This document shows positions 38,905-48,056 of a DNA stretch of 64,000 bases, one piece after another (within the stretch, counting starts at the first letter, position 1; the number at the start of each line of letters is the position of its first letter). A model generated the notes under the pieces. The model saw only the letters and a list, made by a program, of their open reading frames with translations, was not told where the DNA came from and ran no database searches. The translations under genes were made by a program, and so were the position numbers. The stretch is from an uncultured archaeon (lineage in GTDB: Archaea; Asgardarchaeota; Lokiarchaeia; Sigyniarchaeales; SOKP01), in NCBI GenBank assembly GCA_964632315.1, contig CAZWEM010000007.1, positions 59,971 to 123,970 of the forward strand, given 5' to 3'.

Positions 38905-39837
38905 CTAAGTTTTTTTTAATATAATGAACAATGCACCTAATTCTCCAGTAATCGTATTTTGCAATGAGATTTCTTCGTAATTTTGATTAAAAATTCCAGC
39001 AATTTCAAATCCACTTAATTTAGTAAATTCCTTGAATTCATCAAATATCCACAACCTTAAATCATGAGACTCTTCTATATCAAAAATTTCCCCCTTATCT
39101 AGAGCTCGCATTTTAAAATCTACATGTCTTATCCTTTTCTCAAATTGATACCAGTTAATCGCCCAAGTCACTTCAAGCTCTATATCCACATTTTTAACAT
39201 GCCATGTATCATCAATTCTCTTCTCATTTTTAATATCATCACATTTAAAACTTATTTCAACTATGTAAATTCCCCCGTCATTAAGAGAATCATTCATATT
39301 TTGAAAATGCAATAAGATATCAATATCATATTTTAAATATCCTAAACTGTTAATACAAATAAAAGCAGCATCAAATTTTTGATCAAATTTGGCATTTATC
39401 ATATTGGCAATGACTGCATCGGCACTATTGGTTGTTATTTTTTGATCCTTTAGTCTCTCTTTGGCGAACATGATCATAGCAGGATTTAGGTCATATCCTA
39501 ATATAAAGAATCCAAATTTGGGCACACTAGCTAAAAACAATCCTGGCCCACATGCAGGCTCTAAAATGTTTTTTACTTCATGATCGCAATATCGTTTAAA
39601 ACAATTAATAAAAAACTCAATATCTCGATCTGCATCTCTTAAGAAAGCTAAATCATAATACTCTGCCAAATTGTAGAACTTATGCAGTTTTTCTTGCTCT
39701 AAGCCTAAATTAGGATTAGTTGTATCAATTTGAATAGTTTGACTTGAAATTATGTCGACTTCACTTTTATAATCAATATTTGAATTACTTAGATCAATAA
39801 CGGGATCACTTGCTTGTATTTTCACAGAATTAACCAT
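38905..39837 (-). CDS. Class I SAM-dependent methyltransferase
   Basis: ILEPACGPG, GYDLN, GGIYIVE; start at 39837 after GAGGTG. Confidence 0.88.
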   Translation of the reverse strand: MVNSVKIQASDPVIDLSNSNIDYKSEVDIISSQTIQIDTTNPNLGLEQEKLHKFYNLAEYYDLAFLRDADRDIEFFINCFKRYCDHEVKNILEPACGPGLFLASVPKFGFFILGYDLNPAMIMFAKERLKDQKITTNSADAVIANMINAKFDQKFDAAFICINSLGYLKYDIDILLHFQNMNDSLNDGGIYIVEISFKCDDIKNEKRIDDTWHVKNVDIELEVTWAINWYQFEKRIRHVDFKMRALDKGEIFDIEESHDLRLWIFDEFKEFTKLSGFEIAGIFNQNYEEISLQNTITGELGALFIILKKT

Positions 39838-40048
39838 AACCAACACCTCAATTCTTAACATATTTTCTTTAAATGAATCTGTGTATAAGTATAGGTAAAA
39901 TTCAGAAATTATAATCATATATTTTTATTTTTGAAATTAACTTAACTACATGATCTCTTTAATTAGATCATCAGATTCTAAGTATTATGTAAATTTAGCG
40001 AACTATTAAAGCTTTTCTATTGAATTCTGAAAAATTTACTACCAAAAA

Positions 40049-40645
40049 TTAAAAAAGAGTAATTAAAGCACTTGTAAGAAATAAAATTGTGAAACAAGAG
40101 GTAATAATTATCATAATAAGATCCACATTTGTTTCTTTATTTAGATACGATGATTTTAGTTTCCTATACTGTTCTATCGATGTATTACCTGGATCCCAAA
40201 CTTCACCCATTCTACCTGGTTTAATTGACATTCTACTAAACAAGTTAAAAGTTGCTGGATCATGGTGCAATGGATTTGGATTTTTATTTGCTTTCATTTT
40301 ATAGTAATAAGAGTTACTATCAAGCCAACGAAGTAATAAGAGAAAATAGATTATTAGCTCTGGCATGATTAAAAAGCCAAGTAATGGCATTATATAAACA
40401 ATAGGAATACTACAGATAATGATGCCGATATAAAAGTAATAGTAATAAAATTTACTGGTAAAAAATGTGTAAAGCGCTAAAAATATCAAACTGGTGCTAC
40501 TTACTATACTAATAATTATGAAAACGAAATTAAACGGGCTTTGATATATATAAAATGCAAAAATAAATGCGTGTAATGCGATGAGGATTAGATAAATACT
40601 GTTTTTTAAATCGGAATCTTTTCCTTTATACAATTCTAAAATCAC
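40049..40645 (-). CDS. Hypothetical membrane protein
   Basis: 4-5 hydrophobic segments. Confidence 0.6.
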   Translation of the reverse strand: MILELYKGKDSDLKNSIYLILIALHAFIFAFYIYQSPFNFVFIIISIVSSTSLIFLALYTFFTSKFYYYYFYIGIIICSIPIVYIMPLLGFLIMPELIIYFLLLLRWLDSNSYYYKMKANKNPNPLHHDPATFNLFSRMSIKPGRMGEVWDPGNTSIEQYRKLKSSYLNKETNVDLIMIIITSCFTILFLTSALITLF

Positions 40646-40738
40646 TCTAAGATAAATTTTAAAAAATTGATTTCTATTCCTTTAATTTTCTAGAGTAAAT
40701 TTGATATTTAATTCTATTTGCTTGAAACACATAATTGA

Positions 40739-41158
40739 TCACGTGCTTGGAACAGCTGCAAGTGTTACTATTGCTTTTGAAATTCGAGACTCTTTGCCTT
40801 CTGTAACTATATAAATGTTAGATTCAGCAACGAGAATTTTTTTACCGTGATTAATTACTTTAGATCTACAGATTACCAAATTGCCAATAGCTGGTTTAAA
40901 ATAATTGATTTTAAATTCAATCGTAAGAATTCGGATATTTTCCGGAACAATAGTGTAAGCAGAATATCCTGCAGTATGATCCGCCATCGTTGCAATCACG
41001 CCAGCATGGACGAATCCATCTTGTTGACGATGTTCAGAACGAACTTTTAAAATTGAATTAAATGTACCATCATTAACCTCTCCGACTTTGATGCCACAAT
41101 ATGCAGGAAAGCCTTGAACATACTCTTCTTTTAAAAAGTTTATTCTATCTTTTTCCAT
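40739..41158 (-). CDS. PaaI-family hotdog thioesterase
   Basis: QQDGFVHAGVIATMADH; TIEFKINYFKPA. Confidence 0.92.
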   Translation of the reverse strand: MEKDRINFLKEEYVQGFPAYCGIKVGEVNDGTFNSILKVRSEHRQQDGFVHAGVIATMADHTAGYSAYTIVPENIRILTIEFKINYFKPAIGNLVICRSKVINHGKKILVAESNIYIVTEGKESRISKAIVTLAAVPST

Positions 41159-41364
41159 TAATAGAGTAGTAGCTTAGCTAATTTTTAGATTTTTTTAATT
41201 TTTAAAAGGAATCCTTTTGATTCGGATAATTTGTTTTGTGAACAAATATTGGGTTGATTATAAGAAAATTAAAGGATTAGAGTGAATTGGTTCTTAAAAC
41301 GAGAGCAGATTAATAAAAAAAAAAGTTAACTCTCTTATTGAGAGCATTATTATTAATAAAATTA

Positions 41365-42639
41365 TCAATATACTGAATCGATTCTAAACCAAATAGTATA
41401 TCGACAATCTCCTACATCATACCGTGAACCAGACCAATACCATCCATTATTAACATATCCGTGCCATTGACTTGGACTGAACCACCACTGAAAGACGGGA
41501 TAGCCATCATCTCCTGAAGTGGAATCATATTCCGATGCTTGAACTCTTACTTTACTATATGAATTATATGAAAATAGTGCGTAGTGATAATTATTCCAGT
41601 CTAAAGCTTCTCCACTGCCTGCTGATACATAATGATCATTTGCATCATCTATCTTATCAAGATGATTATCATTTAAATAACCTCCCGCCGCACAACTCGG
41701 GAAGTATGCTTCGCCTATCCAAAGTTTAAGATACATTTCTCCATCTCCCATTAGCCAACCTTCATGTTCATCATCATAATATACCTCATCTATGAAGACA
41801 GTTAATTTGTAGAGATCATTGGATGCATCGATCGCATATGCACCACCTGGTACGCTATTTCCGTTTGGATCAGAATTCATTTCTAATGCAATTACTTGGG
41901 CATATTGAGACCAATATAGGTCTTCAGGCGAAACTCCAATATTGAAAGGTGAAAAATCACCATCTAAATCAATGCCAATTACTGATTTGTAAGCCGCCCA
42001 AGCTAATTCTGAGCAATAATAGCCATCTGGAGCAATTTCAGGATCAGCAGTATCGATTCCTACCTGTTTACCTAACCAGTTCCAATCATATCCCTCGTCA
42101 AGACCAATCTTAGAGACCGCGAAATTGACAATTGCAGACCGTTCAGAGCTTGATAAAAGTCCGCCTCCAGGTTTCAAAATTCTCATGGCTACAACATTTC
42201 CAGCGTGATCATTTACCACGTTATTAAATCTCGAGGTTCTTAAGCCAGAATCTATATCATCCTTTGTAGAATGGACAACCCAAGTTTCCCCTTGAGGAAC
42301 CCATGTACCTTCCTCAGTTGCCCAAATTTCATGATATCCAGCTACCCCACCAATAATAACCGTATGCGACCATTTTCCTGGGATGAGATAGTCGAAAAAG
42401 GTATCATCAGTACCTAAAAGAACTATATCCCCTGGCAAGAGATTATCAGGACTCATATCATTAGTTCCAGAACTTGCGAAAGAAGAATGAAGTTCTGAAT
42501 CAGAAGGAGCCATCTCATTACTAGGTGCCACAATATTTGGAGGATTTACTATAGAAAACGATGCGAAAACCATCATAATGATGTAGATGCATAAGATCAA
42601 AAATTCTTTTTTTGAAGTGATTTGTTTCACAAATATCAC
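41365..42639 (-). CDS. Secreted permuted papain-like (YiiX/YebB, NlpC/P60) enzyme with a C-terminal extra domain
   Basis: N-terminal hydrophobic segment; PGDIV...WSHT; YDW; YYCSELAW; VSPEDL. Confidence 0.85.
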   Translation of the reverse strand: MIFVKQITSKKEFLILCIYIIMMVFASFSIVNPPNIVAPSNEMAPSDSELHSSFASSGTNDMSPDNLLPGDIVLLGTDDTFFDYLIPGKWSHTVIIGGVAGYHEIWATEEGTWVPQGETWVVHSTKDDIDSGLRTSRFNNVVNDHAGNVVAMRILKPGGGLLSSSERSAIVNFAVSKIGLDEGYDWNWLGKQVGIDTADPEIAPDGYYCSELAWAAYKSVIGIDLDGDFSPFNIGVSPEDLYWSQYAQVIALEMNSDPNGNSVPGGAYAIDASNDLYKLTVFIDEVYYDDEHEGWLMGDGEMYLKLWIGEAYFPSCAAGGYLNDNHLDKIDDANDHYVSAGSGEALDWNNYHYALFSYNSYSKVRVQASEYDSTSGDDGYPVFQWWFSPSQWHGYVNNGWYWSGSRYDVGDCRYTIWFRIDSVY

Positions 42640-42826
42640 ATTATAATAAATTTAGATTAAATAATGTAGGAGATTTTCTCATATTTAAAACTTAATCTTA
42701 GTGGGAAAATATCTATAAGATCTAATCCACATATAAATAACTATTAAAAGTCATTATATGTTTTAAACGACAATCTTAAAAGTATTTGAGAAATTACTTT
42801 AATTAAAAATTAATGGTTGAAATATA

Positions 42827-42985
42827 ATGTCATGTCATGAGCTAAAAAAAGGGGACGTTCTTGTATGTCCCGATTGTGGGTTAGAAGTAAAAGTCACCAA
42901 AGCATGTAATTGTGCCGATGAAGGGGCTAATGCGTGCACGGATGAAGGTTTTAAGTGTTGCGGTGGACTTATGCAAAAAAAATAG
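42827..42985 (+). CDS. 52-aa Cys-rich desulforedoxin-like metal-binding protein (not in the ORF track)
   Basis: Own translation MSCHELKKGDVLVCPDCGLEVKVTKACNCADEGANACTDEGFKCCGGLMQKK*. Confidence 0.8.
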   Translation: MSCHELKKGDVLVCPDCGLEVKVTKACNCADEGANACTDEGFKCCGGLMQKK

Positions 42986-43126
42986 AACAAGTTCATTTTT
43001 TCTTTTTTATTTTTCTTTCAAAGATTAATCTCACATATAAAAATACACTTATTTAATTTAATATTAAAGGAATTCATATATAGATATATGAATAGTTCCT
43101 CAATTTTACTGAAGTTGTGGTAATAA

Positions 43127-43642
43127 ATGATTGAAACGAATAGATTGATTTTGAGAATGATGAGAGAAGAAAACTTTGCGGACTTGCTCAGAATATTTAC
43201 TGATAAAAAGGTATTGAAATCCTTTAATCTAGAGTCATTTAGTCAACAACAAATGCAGAATTGGATGGATAGAAATTTAAACCATCAAAAAAAATATGGT
43301 TATGGATTGTATTCAGTGTTTTTGAAATCCAATCAAGAATTAATTGGTGATTGTGGGTTAGAACATACGGAATTTGAGGGGAAACCTTGCGTTGAGATTG
43401 GATATGATTTCCTAAGCAAATATTGGAACCAAGGTTATGCCACAGAAGCTGCAGGAGCAATAAAGGATTATGCAATAGAGAAATTACAAATTGATTCAGG
43501 CGAAATGTGTAGTTTCATTCGTATAAAAAATAAAGCCTCACAGCGCGTTGCTGAGAAAATTGGTATGTTAAAATTAAAAGAATATGAAAAAAATAAAATT
43601 AAATATTATCTTTACCTATTCTCAAGCGATTATTTCATTTGA
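43127..43642 (+). CDS. GNAT N-acetyltransferase (RimJ/RimL-like)
   Basis: IETNRLILR, EIGY, YWNQGYATEA, N.ASQRVAEKIGM. Confidence 0.92.
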   Translation: MIETNRLILRMMREENFADLLRIFTDKKVLKSFNLESFSQQQMQNWMDRNLNHQKKYGYGLYSVFLKSNQELIGDCGLEHTEFEGKPCVEIGYDFLSKYWNQGYATEAAGAIKDYAIEKLQIDSGEMCSFIRIKNKASQRVAEKIGMLKLKEYEKNKIKYYLYLFSSDYFI

Positions 43643-43741
43643 AGTTTTAAGAACCTAAAATTTGAAGTAGATCAACCCAAATATTTAATTCAATTTAATT
43701 AAATTACTCTAACAAGTTAAAAAAAAAGAAAAGAAATTTTT

Positions 43742-44140
43742 TTAATTAATTTCAAACCCTTCTTTTTCTAAAGCGATACGTGCTTTTTTTATATCATCTA
43801 CACCAATTACTATCCTATTATTCTCAGCTAAATATATCAAATCGATATTCACTCCATAATCTCCAATTTTACGAGCCATTTTACCACCCGATCCTGGCTT
43901 TCCAGCAACGTGGCCGATACTTAATACCAAGACTTCACGTACTGCTCTTACCTCGAAACCAGAGTCTTCAAGAGCCCAACGAGCCGTGCTATCATCTTCA
44001 ACTAGAATATGAATAATACCTTCATCTTTTGAGGGAAATCCACAAATTCCTTCCATGTTAATTCCCGTTTTACCTAGTTTTTCTCCCATATCCGCTAAAG
44101 CTCCCGGACGATTTTCCAATATGACAGTTAAGTCTTTCAT
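43742..44140 (-). CDS. Tandem ACT-domain protein
   Basis: LENRPGALAD...GINM; KPG...GVNIDLIY. Confidence 0.88.
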   Translation of the reverse strand: MKDLTVILENRPGALADMGEKLGKTGINMEGICGFPSKDEGIIHILVEDDSTARWALEDSGFEVRAVREVLVLSIGHVAGKPGSGGKMARKIGDYGVNIDLIYLAENNRIVIGVDDIKKARIALEKEGFEIN

Positions 44141-44425
44141 TTTATGACAATCCTTTACATGTTAAATTGAATTTCAATTAGGTTATTTTGCATTTCTAAA
44201 TTATGTTAATCCAATATTTAAGCTTTGTTTCAATGATTAAGAGAAAAAATAAACTGAATTCAAATTTTGTTCTATTATAATATGTACAAAATTAGTCGTT
44301 TTTCGTTACTAAGTGACAAAATCCATAAATCTCAAAAATATTAATAATGTTGAGTCTATGTTAATTATCTGAGATAAATAATTATCAATGACTTAACTTA
44401 ATTTTATTACAGGGTTTGGTATATA

Positions 44426-45799
44426 ATGGTTTACTTTCAAGTCAGTCGGATAGGTTTTAATTGCGGTAAAGATAAAGAAGAATGCACTTTCTACCCAAAT
44501 AAGTGTAAGGAATGCGTGATAAATTATTTTACACAAGTAGGATTCGATACGAGTCAGAATATAAAAGTAGCCATCATGGATTCGGAAGAAAAGCGAATTC
44601 AGATGCATCAATCCTTAATTTGGTATAAATTTTTAGATGTATTGAACATCAAACACATAATCTTATTGACCAAAGATTCTGGCCTCCTCGTGATAGATTA
44701 CCCCGTCTCGAGTGGAACCTTGGATGTAGATCTTTTAATTGGCTTCATTCAAGCAAATATAACTTTTTCTACGTCTAATAAAGCAATAGATACCCGCGCT
44801 GGAGTTGTGAGCCCTCCGAAATTTTACGAATTCCAGTACGAATCTTTCAACATCCTCTTAAAGAGTGGTGCCTTTATTAGGGTTTGCTTAGTTTTAGATC
44901 AACAAGCATCTTCTAATCTTAAAAATCTTTTATCGGAATTTTTAAAAGAATATGAAAAAGTGTATTATAATAAAATAGAGCGATTATTAAGAACAGGTCA
45001 ACTCGATTTTGAAGATACATTCAGCTTCATTATCGAAAAGTTTAATATCAAATTGGTTTTTCCAATGATCCTAACACACCAATTATTGCCAGATGATATA
45101 GAAGAGATAAATCGAAATTCAATTCAAAAAGCGATAGTAGATTTTGCTAACGAGTTCTTAGTAGCAAAAAAATTCTTTTTTATTAATAACTTACTCAATA
45201 AGGTACAATCAGTTCTTCAAGTGAGCCCTCACGTCATTCTTTATGAGATTTATCAATTATTGGAAAAAAATATCATTATTCCATCAAATTTAGAAGCAAT
45301 AGAACAAGAAGTTAGAAAATTTCAAGAAGTAAAAGCGCAAAGAATTGCAAATAATGAATTGATATCCCCTATAATTGCAAATGATAATGCAATAAATGAA
45401 TTGAAAGAAAATATTCGAAATATGAATTTGGAGGAAGCGAAAAAGTTGATGGAAAATTACATCAAGAAAGGAGAAACTGCTGATAAAGCCTTAGCATACA
45501 AGGAAGCGCAGAAAGAATATGAAAAAGCGCTTTATATCGCAACTGGTTTTAATTTAGAGCCTGATATTGGTAAAATCTCATTTATGGTTCTTGAATTAGA
45601 TAAAAAGATTAAATCAATCGAAATTGGGTTCGAATTAGAAGCGGGAGAAAAAGCAGAAAAGAAAAAAGATTATGTAAATGCAATTCAACACTTTAAACAA
45701 GCAATTAAATTTCTAGATAATGATGGAAATGCTAACGGAAATGATGCAAAAATCAAAAAATTAGAAAAAAAGATCTTATCTCTTCAAAAACAGCTCTAA
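44426..45799 (+). CDS. Asgard-type Cys4 - longin-like - wHTH - TPR/MIT-like protein
   Basis: Cx6Cx6Cx2C N-terminus; IILLTKDSGL...LLIGFIQA...FQYESFNIL longin-like pattern; helical repeats at the C-terminus. Confidence 0.65.
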   Translation: MVYFQVSRIGFNCGKDKEECTFYPNKCKECVINYFTQVGFDTSQNIKVAIMDSEEKRIQMHQSLIWYKFLDVLNIKHIILLTKDSGLLVIDYPVSSGTLDVDLLIGFIQANITFSTSNKAIDTRAGVVSPPKFYEFQYESFNILLKSGAFIRVCLVLDQQASSNLKNLLSEFLKEYEKVYYNKIERLLRTGQLDFEDTFSFIIEKFNIKLVFPMILTHQLLPDDIEEINRNSIQKAIVDFANEFLVAKKFFFINNLLNKVQSVLQVSPHVILYEIYQLLEKNIIIPSNLEAIEQEVRKFQEVKAQRIANNELISPIIANDNAINELKENIRNMNLEEAKKLMENYIKKGETADKALAYKEAQKEYEKALYIATGFNLEPDIGKISFMVLELDKKIKSIEIGFELEAGEKAEKKKDYVNAIQHFKQAIKFLDNDGNANGNDAKIKKLEKKILSLQKQL

Positions 45800-45842
45800 G
45801 TTCGCTTTAAATCGACTAAATCTAGAAGTATGGATTCAGATG

Positions 45843-46613
45843 TTATTTTCTTTTTTCGGGATAGGCAACTTTCGGGCGTTTTATTATAAAAGAATCATCC
45901 AAATAATTAGCCATACGTTCCGCAAATTTAATAGGAATGCCCAAAGATAAATAATTTTGAGGAAACCAATAATTTCCCGTTGGATCAGTAGGTCCAAGGA
46001 TCAAGTCATTATTTTGCTTTACTGTCAATCCTGCCGGGTAGGTAATAAAAGAAGCACAGGAAGGACCCCACGGCATTTTTACAAGAGATCCTTTCTCTGG
46101 TTGAAAATAAGCTAAAGAACACAGGTTTCTTATTTGTTCTGAATGTCCAAAACATAAAAATTCTTTTACATTAAGATTTTGATCACTTATCGAATTAAAC
46201 TTTTTTACTACGGTGTAATTATCAATAGGAGTAATGTTTCCAATTGAATTTAATTCTTTCTCAGCTATATCTGGACTAGCAAGTAAAAATTCAGCGGCTC
46301 CATTCCTATAATTCTTCGATCCTGTTGAAATAAAATATTTTAATTGAGAATGAAAGGATTTATATCCTAACCATGCTTGACCTCCTGGACAACAGCCCTC
46401 TAAAGCACCATTTCCCACATAAATCGAGTCAATTTCGTTATTTATCGATAGATCAAAAATCGCATGAGCTATGCAACGATTTATATCTTTAATTGGAACT
46501 CCATTCGATGGAATTGTTTCTGATCCATAGATGTATAATGGATTTGTTTCTAATCTTCCCGCCACTTTCAATTTAGATCCAATTTCTTTAACAACCTTGC
46601 CAATCATAAGCAT
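45843..46613 (-). CDS. DUF169 family protein
   Basis: CCPGG..WLG, P.GPSC, GPTDPT patterns. Confidence 0.7.
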   Translation of the reverse strand: MLMIGKVVKEIGSKLKVAGRLETNPLYIYGSETIPSNGVPIKDINRCIAHAIFDLSINNEIDSIYVGNGALEGCCPGGQAWLGYKSFHSQLKYFISTGSKNYRNGAAEFLLASPDIAEKELNSIGNITPIDNYTVVKKFNSISDQNLNVKEFLCFGHSEQIRNLCSLAYFQPEKGSLVKMPWGPSCASFITYPAGLTVKQNNDLILGPTDPTGNYWFPQNYLSLGIPIKFAERMANYLDDSFIIKRPKVAYPEKRK

Positions 46614-46728
46614 CTAATTGAAAATTAATATTTAATACCATTTAGAATTTCCGATTAATCAATTAGTTTATCGTCTAAATTATAGTTCCGATAATAGCGA
46701 ATAATGAGCGTAATTTAAATTTTATGCA

Positions 46729-47469
46729 TTATATTGCCTTTTTGAATGCTAAGATCCCTCCAAATTGATTGAAACGATCAACCGATGGATCTTCAATGGA
46801 TATAATTTTTACTTTTATTCCCTTATTATTTGCGATTTGTGTAAGCCTATGGATTCTATTCTTGTTTTTTTGATTATTAATGTAATTTTGAGTGACAATG
46901 ATAAGATCTAACTTTTTTGCGGCGGATTTGTCCTTTTTACCCCCTTCGTAAACAATTGCTTCAATCTCATCCAAATTGTATAATAATCTTTCATTAGGAT
47001 TTTCAGCATTAACAATCTTTTCTAATCGCTCATTTAAATGGGAAATCTCTTTAGAAATGATTTCATTAACAACTTGTTTTGATTCTTCTGTAGATACCAA
47101 ATTTTTAGCACTTTCAAGAGTATTAGCCCTACCGATAACTTCTCCAAAACTCACTCGATTATAACCTTTTAAGAGCCATTGATGATGCTTAGTTACATGT
47201 TCCATGAACTGACTCCAAAATTCCTTCTTATAGGAGCTTGCGATTAAGATGCTTTTTAGGCCATCTTTAACCACTTTTCGTATGACATCTACAACTTCTT
47301 CAAGCAAATTATATAATTGCTTATCATCTAAGTTTTGCCATTTACGAGGTAATTTAATCGTTTCATGTGTTCTTAATGAGTGGCTATAGATCTTCCAAAA
47401 ATATATTTTTTTATTATCATAACCAATCAGTAATGCACTTAAATTCCCCCGTTTTTGCTTTTTTCTCAT
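46729..47469 (-). CDS. Pelota/eRF1 domain 2-3-like protein lacking domain 1
   Basis: ILIAS; LLYNLDEI; C-terminal G.KVKIIS...FNQFGGILAF. Confidence 0.7.
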   Translation of the reverse strand: MRKKQKRGNLSALLIGYDNKKIYFWKIYSHSLRTHETIKLPRKWQNLDDKQLYNLLEEVVDVIRKVVKDGLKSILIASSYKKEFWSQFMEHVTKHHQWLLKGYNRVSFGEVIGRANTLESAKNLVSTEESKQVVNEIISKEISHLNERLEKIVNAENPNERLLYNLDEIEAIVYEGGKKDKSAAKKLDLIIVTQNYINNQKNKNRIHRLTQIANNKGIKVKIISIEDPSVDRFNQFGGILAFKKAI

Positions 47470-48056
47470 TTTTTTTCTGACTCTCTCCGAGCGAGTTCGA
47501 ATCCGTTATGTAAGACTCTTAGGTTTTTTTCTAAGTTTTCTTTTGAAAACAATTTTTCTATTGAAGTTTTAAGATTTTCATACTCCAACGGCAGAAATAA
47601 TAACATAAATCCAAGTATGAACGTATTGAGAAATATCATATCATGCTTCACTTTGATAATATCAAGATAGAAAATCTTTTTTGAATACGCTGAAAGGACA
47701 TGCTTAAGGTAATCATCAGTAGGATAAGTTTGACTTTTTAGAAGTTTTTTATATTCAGTAATAATTAATCTTGTATTTTTATTCAGCTTAGCATACTCTA
47801 ACACATCAAGGATGCAACTTTTTTCAAGAGCGATGATTATTTCAGCAGAGTGATTTAATGGAATTGGTGAAGTTAGCTTATTTCCATACCGAAGGAAACA
47901 TTTTACTTTTCCACCTCTTTGACTTAATCCATGTGTTTCAGATGTCATTACTGTAAATCCTTTATTCATGAGTGCATCTCCCAGTATTTGGATAAATCTT
48001 ACGATGCCTTGTCCTCCTAATCCTGTAATGACGATGGTTTGAGTTGATGACTTCAT
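47466..48056 (-). CDS. iorB: Indolepyruvate:ferredoxin oxidoreductase beta subunit
   Basis: GLGGQG, SETHGLSQRGG. Confidence 0.9.
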   Translation of the reverse strand: MKSSTQTIVITGLGGQGIVRFIQILGDALMNKGFTVMTSETHGLSQRGGKVKCFLRYGNKLTSPIPLNHSAEIIIALEKSCILDVLEYAKLNKNTRLIITEYKKLLKSQTYPTDDYLKHVLSAYSKKIFYLDIIKVKHDMIFLNTFILGFMLLFLPLEYENLKTSIEKLFSKENLEKNLRVLHNGFELARRESEKK

